From: Fistulifera solaris
Lineage: Eukaryota
Assembly (NCBI GenBank): GCA_030295235.1
Contig: AP026176.1
Coordinates: 310,001 to 374,000 of the forward strand
DNA: 64,000 nt
Direction: 5' to 3'
The notes below the pieces were generated by a model. It worked only from the letters and a program-made list of their open reading frames with translations, had not been told where the DNA came from and searched no databases. Made by a program: the position numbers and the translations under genes. Positions 46,251 through 59,200 of this stretch are shown here, piece by piece. Numbering within the stretch: the first letter of the stretch is position 1; each line of letters begins with the position of its first letter.

Positions 46251-46660
46251 AAATAGCCTAAAAAACGTTTTGTGGAAACGAAAGAATGAAAGAATCTCCG
46301 CGGGGCTATTCACAGATGCCGATGGATAAATTTTCAAGAAGTTCATTCTTGAACTCACCAGGAAGGAATGTGTGCGCTTAAGCGTAAGGCTGTTCTCTAG
46401 AGGAAGTTGAGATTACATATCATCAACCTCACCTATGGAAAAGTGTTCGCAAGGGCGATAGGAAAGACAAATTTCTTGTTCGTTTTCCGGAAATCAACGA
46501 TCGAAACATTTTATATCATCTTGAATGCAACATGCAGCACGCAGCACTCTGCGGAAATGTTGCATAAATATCAGGTTCGCGAGAACGAAAGGAACAGTTT
46601 GCTTAAAAAAACAGTTTGGCTTCTACTTTCCCTTGCATGAAAATTTGTTGAAAGATCACC

Positions 46661-47101
46661 ATGACAGCAGCACTAGAAGGAGCACAAAATATATTTATGG
46701 AACGACTATCCCTTCGTCCAAACGGGGCCCATGTACCAAAACGCCATCACCTTTCGCGTCAAAGCCCACGTCAAACGAAAAAGACCGTGGATTGCGCACG
46801 TTTGCTTCTTGGCTCATCATCATCCCACAAACGACATTCCAGTCTCGTTGGGTCATGGATTCACGTAATACCTCACTCGGAAGAAAACGATTCCGACCTT
46901 TCCGACTCGGAAAGTGAAAACGAAGAGTGCGACGAAGTCTTGCTCCGAGAAACCCGATGGTCCTCTACTCCACAGCTAACAATTGCTCTTAAGCTGAAGC
47001 GATCCACCAAGTCTTTGACAAGTACTCTCTCTGGTGATACAGCGATGACTCTACCCAAACGGAAAACCAGCTTTGGTGATTTACACAACACGAAACACTG
47101 A
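46661..47101 (+). CDS. Hypothetical Ser-rich protein
   Basis: 146-aa ATG ORF after cacc, with an acidic patch, ETRWSS and LPKRKTS. Confidence 0.5.
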   Translation: MTAALEGAQNIFMERLSLRPNGAHVPKRHHLSRQSPRQTKKTVDCARLLLGSSSSHKRHSSLVGSWIHVIPHSEENDSDLSDSESENEECDEVLLRETRWSSTPQLTIALKLKRSTKSLTSTLSGDTAMTLPKRKTSFGDLHNTKH

Positions 47102-47734
47102 AGAAGAATGGATTGCCTTGCTCTAGCTATTTGTTGTTATCAATCAGTTAAGAATTGGATCACATCTTACCTTATCGTCTACGTTTCGTACTATCGGGTC
47201 CAAATACGGTAGGAGTAAAAATTTCGTTTCGCCATCACAAGGTGGTAATCCCTTTCTTGGTTGAACTCCGTCAAAAAACAACTCTGTTTCTATGTTTCAT
47301 CCGTCTCCCTCATGAACTGCGTCGTAACAAACTTGGTTGGAACGCCTGCACACACGAATAATGGTAGCAAAGCTCATTGTTATTCTTCCAAAACTGGAGG
47401 GGAAACCCTGGAGTCACCCTGCGTCACGAGTCGTCCTTGAATGCCCATTATGACGTCATCTTGACAGTCTCTTTTCGCGACGGTCGTTTATTTCGTTCAG
47501 CGCTACGAACGATGAGCGATGAGCCGTTGAAAAAAAGACCCAACATAATCGAAGCATAAAACGTGCAGTACCGTACTTGTACCTGGTAAGGGAAATCTTA
47601 CAGTCTATTGAAAGCAAATCTACACACAAAGTCCGCATATTCATCAGTCGCTGCTATTACGGCTTTAAAGTGTGCCGGTCTTGATTGTTGTTTCCTTCCT
47701 TACATCGTTTTGAAACCGTTCGATCGCCCAAAGC

Positions 47735-49711
47735 ATGACGGCTGAAGCGCTCATCGTTGCGGCGAACACCCCAATGACAAGTTCTCGCATCACTCTTTCT
47801 GAAGATTCTCCAGAAAATGAATTACGACAAGTTCGAATCGTTCCTACAACAACTGCAACATCGACACAGGGCATTCCCTCGTTAGCACGTGCCCCCACGA
47901 CACCCCGTCTCGTTCTTCTTTTATTACCCCTCTTGTCGTTGGGGGCCCATTTTCTCTTCTATTACGGTCAAACGGCACCCATGTGGCGATTGCATGTATC
48001 ACATAATATTTCCGTCTGGGTCAATGCCACCGATTTGACCTCACGGACGGCTCTCGATACACTGGGATTGCCGCACGCGAATCATATTGTGTTGGAAGAA
48101 GAAACGACGGTCCGCACATTTACGTACGGATACGGATTGCGGGAATTGTGGACAGCCCACGGAATGCCGGGGAAAGTCTTGCCGCGGTTTACCGCTCTTT
48201 TATTGATTTTTGCGTCGGGCATTTGGCCGCATTTGAAGTTGTTGTTGTTGCAAATTTCGTTTTGGTTCCCTTTGCGGAGTCATAAACGACGACAGCGGTT
48301 CTTGCACATTCTGTCAACGTTCGGAAAATGGTCCTTGGCCGATGTCATTACCGTATGTGTCATGGTCGCTGTCATGAACCTCGAATGGATCGTCGATCCG
48401 GTCGCCATTCAATCCGGTGTCCTGCGAGAAATGCCGACGCTGCTCCAATTTGCCCGCGCCTTGTGGTCGGCCAATACCGTGTGTTCCCAACTCTTACATT
48501 ACGATTGTACGGATGCCAAAAATGCCAAACATTGGACGAAATGCAATTCGTGCAAACAGTTAGTCCATACGGCGTACACGCATCCGTCCTGGACGCAAAC
48601 GACCGGAAAAGCTATTGTGAAAGGCATGCGGACCAGTGGAGGGGGGACCAGTCGCATGTCGGTCATTGGGATGCGCGGCATTTATGCCTTTTGTTGGGCC
48701 GTCTTATTGTCGATTGCGTTGTCGCTCGTGGTGGAATATTTGGACGCTCGCGTACGTCGAAGACGTCCGGCACCGAGATTAGGACAGCCGTTCACGTTAT
48801 TGTATCCGGAGGATGCGCCGAATCATGGTGACACTGCAGAAATAGGCCGTTCATTGCTATCCGATCCTGATGAAAACGACAGTCAAGGATCCAATTCTTC
48901 GGTGGATCAACCGGCAGCGGCCGTATATTCCTTGAGGTTATTTCAGCAGGATGTAACGTGGTCGTGGATGTACCGACTGGTTCCGGCCGTGACTGTTTTT
49001 ACGGTGGGTTGTGGAATCGCGCTTTCCACTATGCAACGGCAGGCGCTGGGAGCGATACCTATCCTGCTGCAAGATGTGCTTGGTTTCTCTTTGAATCGAT
49101 CGTATTCCTTGGTTTCCTTGACGCGGGTTACTGGAGAAGCGGGCGGATGGGATCTGTTGCTCATGGGTACATTCGGTATCTTCATAGTTGTGGGTCCAGC
49201 ACTACGGGCTCTTTTGTGTGCACTCGCATTGGCGCGCGTCACACCCGATCGAGCTCGACCTGGTTTGGCGTCGGCAATTGACTTTATCGGTGCGTTTTGC
49301 GCATGGGAAGTGTTGTTGGTCGCCATCGCCATGGTAGGAATGCTCATGCCCACGATCACCAACACGATCTTGCATAAATCGGAATGTGCGACTGTTTCGC
49401 CGGAAAATGGGTCTTGTTTTGAAATGAAATATGTCTTGGGGAACACATTTGGTTTCGTGGTAGTCGGAGGTATATTGTTGCTCGTTACGTCGTCCATGGC
49501 GGTGCGCGTAGGGCGGAAGTATGAGATCATGCGCGATGATGACGATAATGATGAGGATACGACAGCGTCGACACTGGGAATGACGGATTATGGTGTTGTT
49601 TATCAACGAGTCATGGATGATGACGATGTTGAAGAGGAACCATCAAATGCTACTGAAACAAATAACAATGCGAGAAGAAACAGCGATCAAGTTGAAACGG
49701 CTAGTGTATAG
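47735..49711 (+). CDS. Multi-pass membrane protein with PqiA-like domains
   Basis: FASGIWPHLKL and FGKWSLADV (PqiA-like GKWS.xD). A second degenerate copy reads FIVVGPALR/GAFCAWEV. Cys-rich lumenal loops. Confidence 0.7.
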   Translation: MTAEALIVAANTPMTSSRITLSEDSPENELRQVRIVPTTTATSTQGIPSLARAPTTPRLVLLLLPLLSLGAHFLFYYGQTAPMWRLHVSHNISVWVNATDLTSRTALDTLGLPHANHIVLEEETTVRTFTYGYGLRELWTAHGMPGKVLPRFTALLLIFASGIWPHLKLLLLQISFWFPLRSHKRRQRFLHILSTFGKWSLADVITVCVMVAVMNLEWIVDPVAIQSGVLREMPTLLQFARALWSANTVCSQLLHYDCTDAKNAKHWTKCNSCKQLVHTAYTHPSWTQTTGKAIVKGMRTSGGGTSRMSVIGMRGIYAFCWAVLLSIALSLVVEYLDARVRRRRPAPRLGQPFTLLYPEDAPNHGDTAEIGRSLLSDPDENDSQGSNSSVDQPAAAVYSLRLFQQDVTWSWMYRLVPAVTVFTVGCGIALSTMQRQALGAIPILLQDVLGFSLNRSYSLVSLTRVTGEAGGWDLLLMGTFGIFIVVGPALRALLCALALARVTPDRARPGLASAIDFIGAFCAWEVLLVAIAMVGMLMPTITNTILHKSECATVSPENGSCFEMKYVLGNTFGFVVVGGILLLVTSSMAVRVGRKYEIMRDDDDNDEDTTASTLGMTDYGVVYQRVMDDDDVEEEPSNATETNNNARRNSDQVETASV

Positions 49712-49891
49712 CCAGATTTTTGCAAAAGCTACTGTTGCTTACACTAGTTTTGGAAAATATTCGACACAGAAGATAAGTCTAGGTATAGCTCATTGTGGAT
49801 GATGACCATAAAACGAAAGCGAGTTTCTGCAATGGACTTTCCAAGATCCCATGGTCAAGTTCGTCTTGATTTCGCCGTTTCGGAATCGGGG

Positions 49892-51308
49892 CTAGTCTTC
49901 GTTTTCTTCAATTCTAATACGCTTCAATGGACGGAGGAAAGTACGAATGTCAGTTTGTCGATACCAACGCTCAGCAATAAAAGGGTGATGAAGCGCTTCA
50001 TGCGGTGTAATTCTGGCACTCGGCTCGATGGCTAACATCTTGTGAACAAGATCCACAAACTGCACGTAGTACTCGACCGAATTGTAGGGGCAAACTTGTT
50101 GTTTGTAAGCGCCTAGTTGCACTATCTTGGTAAGCGCGGCAATTGGGTCAGCACTGGCCTTTTGCCGTACCAGTTTCGGCGCTGAATTCTTCGTCAGTAT
50201 CACGAGTGATTTCTTCAACTTCCAAACAGATTTCCCGGAAGACGACTGCGTCTTTTCAAAGAATTGCTCTTTGCGGTGATCTTTGGCTCGCTCCAGCATC
50301 TTGGAAGGAATCATGCCGAGAGTGCCCACGATCTTTTGCATGAGATCAAACTCATGGAAACAAGGAAACAAAGCTCGACCAGTGTGCAACTCAACCAGAA
50401 TGCAGCCAAGACTCCACATATCGATGGCGACGCTATAAGGCAAGCCAAGCATGACTTCGGGTGCCCGATAAGATCTCGATTGAATGTATGAGTACATGTC
50501 TATGTTCGACATTCGAGAAGCTCCGAAATCGATTACTTTCACATCATTCTTGTTGGGATCTTTCAAAACAATGTTTTCCGGCTTCAAATCACAATGAAGT
50601 ACGTCGACATCTTTCCGAGCCAAGAAAGAAAGGGCTTGAAGCACTTGTTTCGCGATTTTTCGAGTACGGCCTAGGGAGAGACCGCAAAATTGGGTGCTTT
50701 TGAGCAATTCGAACAAATTCGACGACAGGCTTTCGAAAACAAGACACTGATGATTACGGTGCATAAAATGATTCAAGAAACGCACTATTCGATAGAAGTC
50801 AGAAACAGTTCATGCTTTTGTCGCAAACAGAAGTTCGATATTGTTAAAACTTACCGATGTTGTGCTCATCGTGCGGATCTTTTTTCGAAAGATGCTTGAG
50901 AAGTCTTATTTCCCGTTCGGCTTGCCATAGAGAGTTCTCCTTCGATTGAATGATCTTGATTACAACCTCGTGCTTCGTCCACGTATTTTCGGCAAGAAAC
51001 ACTTGTCCGAAGGCACCCTGCGATATGCTTTGCTTTAGCTTGTATCTCCCGTCCAACATCTCTCCCGGCTTTACAATGTAATAAGGATGATCATCAAGCC
51101 AACCATTTTTGTACGTTTCTTGCGAATTTCCTTCCTTCGTTTTCGAGCGCTTGACACGAATAGCGTCTTTCTTTGGGTAAAGTGTGGGATTGGATTGTTT
51201 ATACGTATCATAGAGTGACACCGAAAGCTTCACCAGCGGTCGTTCTACTGGCGGCCGCAACATTTCCGGTGCCTTCTGCGGCAACATTGCTATCGAAAAG
51301 CTCTCCAT
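49892..51308 (-). CDS. DYRK-family dual-specificity kinase; intron 50785-50854
   Basis: LSVSLYDTYK, DH-box-like DDHPYYIVKPGE, HCDLKPENI, DFG, activation loop MYSYIQSR and DMWSLGC. Confidence 0.9.
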
Positions 51309-52425
51309 GATTCCGTCTCCTTTTCGCTCCGTCTTCTCTTCTTTCTTCTATCTATTTCTACTATTTTTGTTTCTTATATTATATTGTATTTTGTTTGAAT
51401 TAATTATTCGGTGCTGCAACGATTGATTCTTTCACATGGTCCCGGTGCCCAAGATCTCTTTTTTGCCGCGTCGCTGCGCGTTATTGCGTATCGCGTGAAA
51501 GGCAAAAGTCGAAGGACGTTCTCGTGATAACTGTTTGACTACCGCTAAGATCACGACTCAATTTACTGTAACGTAGTACCGTTGTGATCCGTAAAACGTT
51601 TTATACTTTATAACTCACAGTGAGAGCAAGCGTCGCTGAAACGCGTTGAAAAGCCCTTTGCGCATAGGAGTAAGTAGAACCCTGGGATGGAGATATGTCT
51701 GTTTTCAACCGTTGATAGTTTCACCGTTTCACCGCTTAAACCAACGTTTGTCCGTCGTCAGACCCTTTTGCGCTGCTGCTGCGAAATTTTCACCGCGTAA
51801 CAGCACGACAAAAGGCTGACCTTAGTGGGCCTACCTTAATACGAAAGTATGGTCCGACCCTTGGCCGTGATACTAAATTGTTTTAAAATATTAAGAAAGA
51901 AAGATTTGCAATGACGGCCATGCAAAGATCGATCATTTTGCCGTGATAATTACACGGTGCAGCATTTTCAAAGATCGATATTCGACCCATTTTGACCGAT
52001 GTCGCACTATGTACAGTGACAGATAAGCTCATAATACGGCGTATCGCGTAAAAAACGGTCGAGAACAGACATATCTCCATCCCAGGGTTTCTACTTACTC
52101 CTATGCTTTGCGTATCGATCATGAGAATCTCGTTGCAGTTGACTTTCTTTTCATTGTTAGTATTGTTAATCATCTTGCTTTTCTTTATTCAAATCAATCA
52201 TTTCATTCGAAGATGACGATAGCGGCTTATCGAACGGCTGGCTATACGCCACAAAGTACGGGAGACCAGTTTTCATTTCATTTGTAAACCGGTCTCCAGG
52301 AGACCAGTTTTCTTTTCGAAAAATGAAAACTGGTCTCTTCATCATGACACGCAACCACACATTTCCTCTCATAAAATTACTTTTGACGAAAAAGTTATCC
52401 AAGTACATCAACGATTACAACAACA

Positions 52426-55174
52426 ATGACTACAACGATGGAACCTGATATCGAACAGCCTGGCACGATGATGAAGACGACTCCCGAAGTTGAGACCAAG
52501 CCCACCAAAGAAGAAGAGGAAGACGCGGCCCGCAAGACCCTTGTTCGCAACCGTGCCCGAGTTTCCGTATTGCGATACATGCTGGGATTCCCCAAAACGT
52601 CCTTGACCTTCTTTCTCTTCATCATGTGCTTCGTGCTTCCCATCTCCCGTCCCTACGAGTCCGTGCAACAACCGATGCAAGACTTGGGTCTTTTGGTGCA
52701 ACACGAAGCCGCCCGCGCCAACGAATCCTACTTTGAGCAGTATGCCGCGCAAATCATCAACATGACCCAGACGGCCGTGAAAGCGAAACAGCAACTGCAA
52801 GCCGACCGCACGTACAATCAAGATTTGGTCGAGAAAGCCAAAGTCCTCGAACAAGCGACTTGGGAGCAATTGAAATCCAGTCGTCGATTGTTGCAACAAG
52901 TGTGGCTCCTCGAGAATACTACGACCGCTTTTGTTCGCAACGATACTTGCTCCGCCGCCGACGTGAGAGACTTGATGCGACGTGTGTATGGCAACCAAGA
53001 AGATGCTTTCAATGTGAGAGAAGCCGTGTTGAAGGCCTTGGAGCAATTCGTTCAGACAAGTAAGGCAACGATTCGGCATGTCACGGATTACACAAAGGAC
53101 CGCACGCAGTACGATTACGATTACTTTATCGGCCTCAAGATGGTGCCCGCCCTTAATCTGATTCAGTCGATCAACGCACCCGATCTGGACTTTTCCGTCC
53201 ACCAAATGGACTTATTACTCAAACTGGAGGTTTTGATTCAAGACTTACTGGGTCCCTTCAACGAGTTTTACATTCGCTTGGACATGTACAAGGCGCACAT
53301 CAATGGTTTGTCCGTCTCGGTGACCAACTTTCATCTTTATGCACTCGATTTGTATGCTCGACTGCAGATGAGCGCGGACTGGGTCAAGGACTTTCTTCCC
53401 AACGGCGCACCTTTGCCAAAGTTTCTGGATTTGAAAGGGTTGGCTTTGCCCGATTCCTTTTGCCGGAAATGGATTTGCCATCCTTCTCGACTCCACTGCC
53501 TAACATGACCGCGGTCAAGCTGGACTTTAGCAACCGCGTGCTGATCATTATCGCCCACTTCTTGGAGGAACTGGCACGCAAGGCCTCGGAAGAGACACAA
53601 GAAGCGATTCGAATTGCTTTGGAAGCTTTGAAAGAACTATTGACACTGGAAGATTATCACCCTCCGCAATATGAAAGTCTGCAAGGCGGAAGTCTCGATG
53701 ATGTGAATGCCCAATTGGAAAAGGACGGACGAAATGTGCTCGAAGAATCACGAAAGGCTTTATTGGGTATCTTTGCGTCACTAGAATACGAACGAGATAA
53801 AGTGCCGCGCCCCGACTTGTCCCTTGAAGATGATTTTGAAGACGAAAACTTTAGTGACGATGATGAGTCACTGTTTGATTGGATGGCTGTGGAACTGCCC
53901 ACCATTTCGCTCCCATTCCTGGCTTGGTTGGTCGCGTTTCTTATCAGCTGGCAACTGCTCGTGGATGCTATCATTCAGTTCATCCGGTTTTGGCGTTTGC
54001 AAAGAAGTGGGAAGACTGGGCAGTACCCAAGCTTCCGGACGTAAACCTTGCCAGTACTCCCAGCCCTGGCCCGGAAGAAGAGAAGAAGCCGTCGGCCATG
54101 TCTCAGAATGGACGCGCTTTGATGGAGAACTGCACGTTTGGTACCTGGATATTCCTTGTACTTGGACTATTGTTCTTGGTGGCCCTGGCTATTTACGTTC
54201 CTACCGTGAAATCCCAGTGCATTGACTCTCAGGAAGGAACATTCATGGCTCGCAGGTTCTTAGGTCCCAACTACGTCAACGAAGCCAACCGAAAGGGATC
54301 GGCCCGTGCCGGTGTATTGCGCGCCAACATTCGCAAGGAGAAGAGAAACCTGTGTGAATATATCTATGACAATGGAAAGCGATACGAAAAGATGCTGTAC
54401 GAAGCTCATCAAGCCGCTGTCAAAGCACACATTAATCTCCTTTTGGACGCACAGTACGAACGCCAACTGGTGCAGCGTTGTGTCGACGTGCCGAAATTGG
54501 ATGAGCACATGACATCTGCGTGCTGTGGATTGAAGGGACACTACGACTTTGACTACAAGACAGAGCAAAGCAACCAGGTCTGCTCCGTTGACCAACAGAA
54601 AGGTGATTGCCCCATGGATGCGCAAAGCGACCCGATGTCTCCCTTCCGAACTCTGAGCGAATACCTTGGACACCCCGTGTTTGATCAATTTGACGCAAGT
54701 CAGTGGACTTTGATGGAGACAGATATTGACTACTGTGACGTTCTTGACGGCCTAGGGAAACTGGAACTTAACGCAATCGATGAAGAGCTTATCCTGGACC
54801 TTTCTATCGAAGCCTTCTGCAAAACTGAAGTGTGGTTCATTCAAGTACTGGTGGGAGGTGCGGTGCTGATTGTGTTTGCCCTAATCATGCACTTGAAGTG
54901 CGACTTGTTCTTTGATGGCACCAAGCGAGTCTATTGGCGACAGCTGTCCGCCGAAAGCACCGTCAAATGCTACGCCGATGTACGAGAAGATGGTAGCTTT
55001 TCGGTCAAGGTGAACATGTACGAACGAGCGGAACGCATCCGCGCGGCATTGAAGTCTTATGAATTTATTGGAAAATGCAAATTGCGACTGGCGGCCTTCC
55101 TGCTCGTGTTCGAAATCGTATTGGCGTGCCTGCTAAAACATTTCCTAAGGAAGTGGTTTGGTGAATACGTCTAG
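52426..55174 (+). CDS. Large multi-pass membrane protein with long helical and Cys-rich extracytoplasmic loops; frameshifts ~53459 and ~54002
   Basis: Three consecutive overlapping ORFs join after single-base restoration. About 5 hydrophobic segments. No family recognised. Confidence 0.7.
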
Positions 55175-55577
55175 ATGAGTGGTTTCGCTGGCCTATGATA
55201 AAGAAATGAAAAGAAAGAAAAGAATAAAAGAGAAACATAAAATAAACAGAAAAACTGTAAAAAAACTTAGTGCCTTTGTAGGCTTTGATTATAATGCGTG
55301 CTCTCCGTATATTACTAGAATTCTTTAGCTGTAAGCTAACTCGCCTTAGCGTTGCCGCAGTGTTTCAAGTCGCGTTACGAGGGTAAGACCTTCTGGACAA
55401 TGAAGAAGACGTTTCCTCAATCCGACCGGTACTAATGATTGCATCCGCGAAAATGAAGAGGATGCAACGCGACGAAGTCACACCCGTTTTTAACGCTGAA
55501 AGGCAACGTTAAAGCTTAAAGCGGTTGTTGCTTCCCTCTCCCTGCAGTATTTATTGAATTCAGTAGAATAAGAAGAA

Positions 55578-56152
55578 ATGGGGCAATCCAGTTCTACGGC
55601 GAACTCTGTCAATCAAGAGAACCTGGTTTCGGGAGTGTCGTTAGACCCCGAATTAGAAGGTGCGACTCGAAACTTGTTTTGCGCCAGACGTAGTTACGTC
55701 TATCATACAAACTCACTTTTACGATAGAAGCAATTGTTCGTGACTTTTCCAATCAATCATTACAGGAAGAATGGGATAAATTCCGTCGTGAAGTCATCAT
55801 TCGTCGGAACGAACGACTGGAGATGCGGAATGCCGCTTTGCTGGAAGCCCAGCAACGTCAACAAGCAAATCATGCGGCGTTGCAAGAACGATTGACGGCC
55901 CTCCACGAACGACGCGATCAATTGCTGGCGACCTTTGCCGATGAGTCCGTGTCCATTCGTTACGATATTCAACGATTAGAGGAAAAGTATTTGGGAGTGG
56001 CGGAACAAACACCTCCGGTGGATTATTGTTTGGGAGAACGGGCCCATTGGATCGATTGCTCGAAAAAGTACGGAACCGATATGCGTCCCTGTTCAGATTA
56101 TTTAGCAGCGTTAGAGAGGTGTGTGAATCGAACGATTACGGAATCAGTTTAG
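55578..56152 (+). CDS. Mic19/CHCHD3-like MICOS subunit; intron 55660-55727
   Basis: N-myristoylation-type start MGQSSS, a central coiled coil and C-terminal twin CX9C (CLGERAHWIDC / CSDYLAALERC). Confidence 0.7.
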
Positions 56153-56274
56153 ACGCAATTCTACTGAAATAATAGAGGAAGCGCACGAAACTGCAATACA
56201 GAGGACCACTGTTAGTTCTTTAGCAGTTATTAAAGTCTTTCTAAACTTTAGCTATTATCATAAATTGAATCATA

Positions 56275-59200
56275 TCACCTACGTTCTTTACCGCGAGACC
56301 TGACATTGCCTCGTCTTCGTCCGCCATCGTCGTTTCCGCGTTGCGGTGCTTCCTCTCCCGGCTCCAATTGAGACCGAGCTCGTTTGTTGGAACTATCTGG
56401 CTCGGACGGGGATGGAGGTCGACTGCGTTTGGCGCCACTGACGTTGTTTCGACTCGAGTCGCCACCCGTACGCGGACGGCGGTTATCGTCCTCGCGCCTG
56501 GGTGCTCGTCCCATGGAGGAGTAATTTCCGGCCCCCGCATAGCGCCCGTCACTACGTCCGGTCGAAGGCGCATTGGGTGGTGGAGCACCACGACCTCTCC
56601 ATTCCTCCCCACGTCGATTCTCGTTGCTCTCGTAAGACCTCGGAGTCACCCGACGATCACCAGGACGACCACGCCATTCGCCAATCTCCTCACTAATCTT
56701 TTCGGATTCGCGTTTCATCTCTTCCATCTGCTCCTCGGCTTTCTTTTGTCGGGCTGCCGCATCGGCCTGTTCCTTCTCTTGGCGAGCCTGGACGGTAGCC
56801 GCATCTTCTTCTTTCCATACACCATCATCCCGTGCTTTCACAAGTTGCATGCTGTAGGCTTGTGCGGCCGCGCGAATGTCGGCCAATGTGTTGTTTTCAC
56901 TTTGCAAAGGCTCCAGCGCGGTCAACAATTTGTTGCCCGTTTTCGGTCGAGTCGGGTACACGTCAATCATGCGCGACAAAACTATCAGGCAGCACCGTTT
57001 GTGCATGTACTCTTTCGATTGCAAAGCGCCGATACTGGTTGCGCCGATGGAAGCATGCCATTTGTTGTAAAATCGCTCGTAAACATCTGAAGTAACCTCT
57101 CTGCTCAATGAGCGATGATCTTCTTCACCATCTTCCTGACCACCGGCTTCTTGTTCTCCTTTCGAAGAGAATATAGGATCGTTTGCCGCAACAAAGGAGC
57201 CCGGCTTGCCACCTACTTCATTCACAAAAGCATTGTCATCGTAGCGCCAATGGCTGAGTAATTCCCAAGTATCCCGCAAAAGATAGACACATTCGCCGCT
57301 TCGCCTTCTGTCAAACCGTACAAAGAGCGCGAAAAAGCAATAATCGCACAGTCATAAAAGGCTAATGTGTTGAATCCAGGAGTGTCCATCTCGTGTAACA
57401 GCTGAATGAATCGGGCACAATACATGGCATCGTCAGGACCTTGCATGCATCGCGGATAAATACACCTTGTGAAAAAGGTCGCCATCGACTCTTTGGATGA
57501 AGTTGTCGACGGAAAAAATGAATCTTTTCTCTGTTCAATTATCTTTCGGATAGAATCAACGTGACTGGCTTGGGCCACCATATCTTCCGAAAGATCGGCG
57601 CTGGTATTCTTTACACGTTCTAACTCAGTCGCGTCGCTGCTTGCCGTGTTCTTCGCATTCGAAAGGCGTTCGACTTCTTTGTCCAGTCGAGAAATTTCAG
57701 AGTTATAGACGTCTTCAGGGCAAAATAGATCGTACAACGAGTGCGAGTAAAATGTTTCAAAAAGCATCGAAGATATGTCAGACCACGTTTCCGGCGGTAA
57801 CATTCCTTCGAGCGACTTGCGATTCTCATCGGTAGATATAAAAGGCGAGAGAGTATCCTTGATGGAAATATGTTTTCTACCAAGTTCCATGCGCTCAGCA
57901 GCCTGCAACAAGGGCCGACATAGCAGCCAAGCCGACGCAATGTCCATCATGTAAGTGTTGTGGAGCTCTGCCAGTGAGGGGAGAGACCGTGCATAGTGCG
58001 AAATAGCTGCGTCTTTGTCGTCCGTCGGATTTGTCAGAAAATCAAGCAGAATTGCTATTGTCACCTGGCATGTATCGTACAAGTTTCCAATCAATTTGAC
58101 GGGCTTGGGTCTATCACTGTTTTCATAAACGATCTGGTTTCGCACTTGCGACAAGAGAATGAGAAGAATAACACCCATATCCTGTTCCTGCAGAATGTTC
58201 CGGATTTGCTGTGATGATCGTAAGTTAAACGACCCACTAACGTGAACACCAAAGGACATGGTCTCACGCTTCAGCAACGTTGAACCAGCCCTGCCTTCCA
58301 CTTGCGTCGCTGAGAGACTTGCGGCCGGAGCATAATCGGCAAACGACCATCCACCTGACGTCTTCAAAAGAGTCCTTAGCACCCCTAGTTCCATTACGTG
58401 CCCCTCTTTCAATCTATGCATCAGATAACCGAAAATTCCTCGGCATTCAATAGCTGGAAAGCGTTTATAAAACTCTCCCGTAAAGGACTCGAGGGACTGT
58501 AACCACTGAGATACATTCACGCCATCCTCTTTCAGACGACTCCTATTCACATCCAACCCTCCACCTGAGCTCCCCGAAAGCCTGCTTAAGATACAGAAAC
58601 CCAAAACATCCAGTGAAAGTGGAGCAACATACATCAACGCATCCACCATTACACCGACCAGATTGTCGTAGGATTCAATCTGATTTAATATGGTAGTGAA
58701 GACCACCAAAGGTTGGCTGAAACAAACTTGCGCAATGGATCGACTAATATCACGGTACGTGTCCTTCGAGAGCCGCTTGAGAGAATATCGAGCGGATTTT
58801 CCGGCCTCCAACTCACCACGAATCAGCCAAAGAGGCTTCGTCTTGTGTTCTCTCAATGCCGCTTTCTCCAATCCCTTACCTCTCCAGGCTGCGTATATTT
58901 GATACCTACGACGATAGGGTATTTCTTGCAACACGCCCCATACATCATGCGAAATGGCCGGGTTGGAGGGAAACAAACTCAAACTGGGCAACAAGAATTT
59001 TTGCAGAAAGCGATCCAACATTTCCGTGTCATACTCCTTCTTGTTTTCGCGAAGGCACAATGCCAGAACTCGACACAGCTGGCTGTACAAAGTCGGGTCA
59101 TACTGAATACAACCCGATTCGGCAATGCGAAAAAGCGGCTTCATGACATGACCGAGCACATAGTCAATTTCATATCCAGCGGTGTCAACATGCTCTAGAT

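Noticed and set aside
52408..53205. Long antisense ORFs (also 35210-35959, 37011-37616, 56341-57090, 48943-49530)
   Set aside because: They are shadows of real genes on the opposite strand and have no motifs of their own.
256..57300. At least 15 frameshifts in otherwise intact genes, read as pseudogenes or programmed frameshifting
   Set aside because: Those I traced are single-base losses in homopolymer runs. They hit essential genes (THOC2, ALG12, threonine synthase) with no accompanying nonsense decay, which is the signature of sequencing or assembly error.
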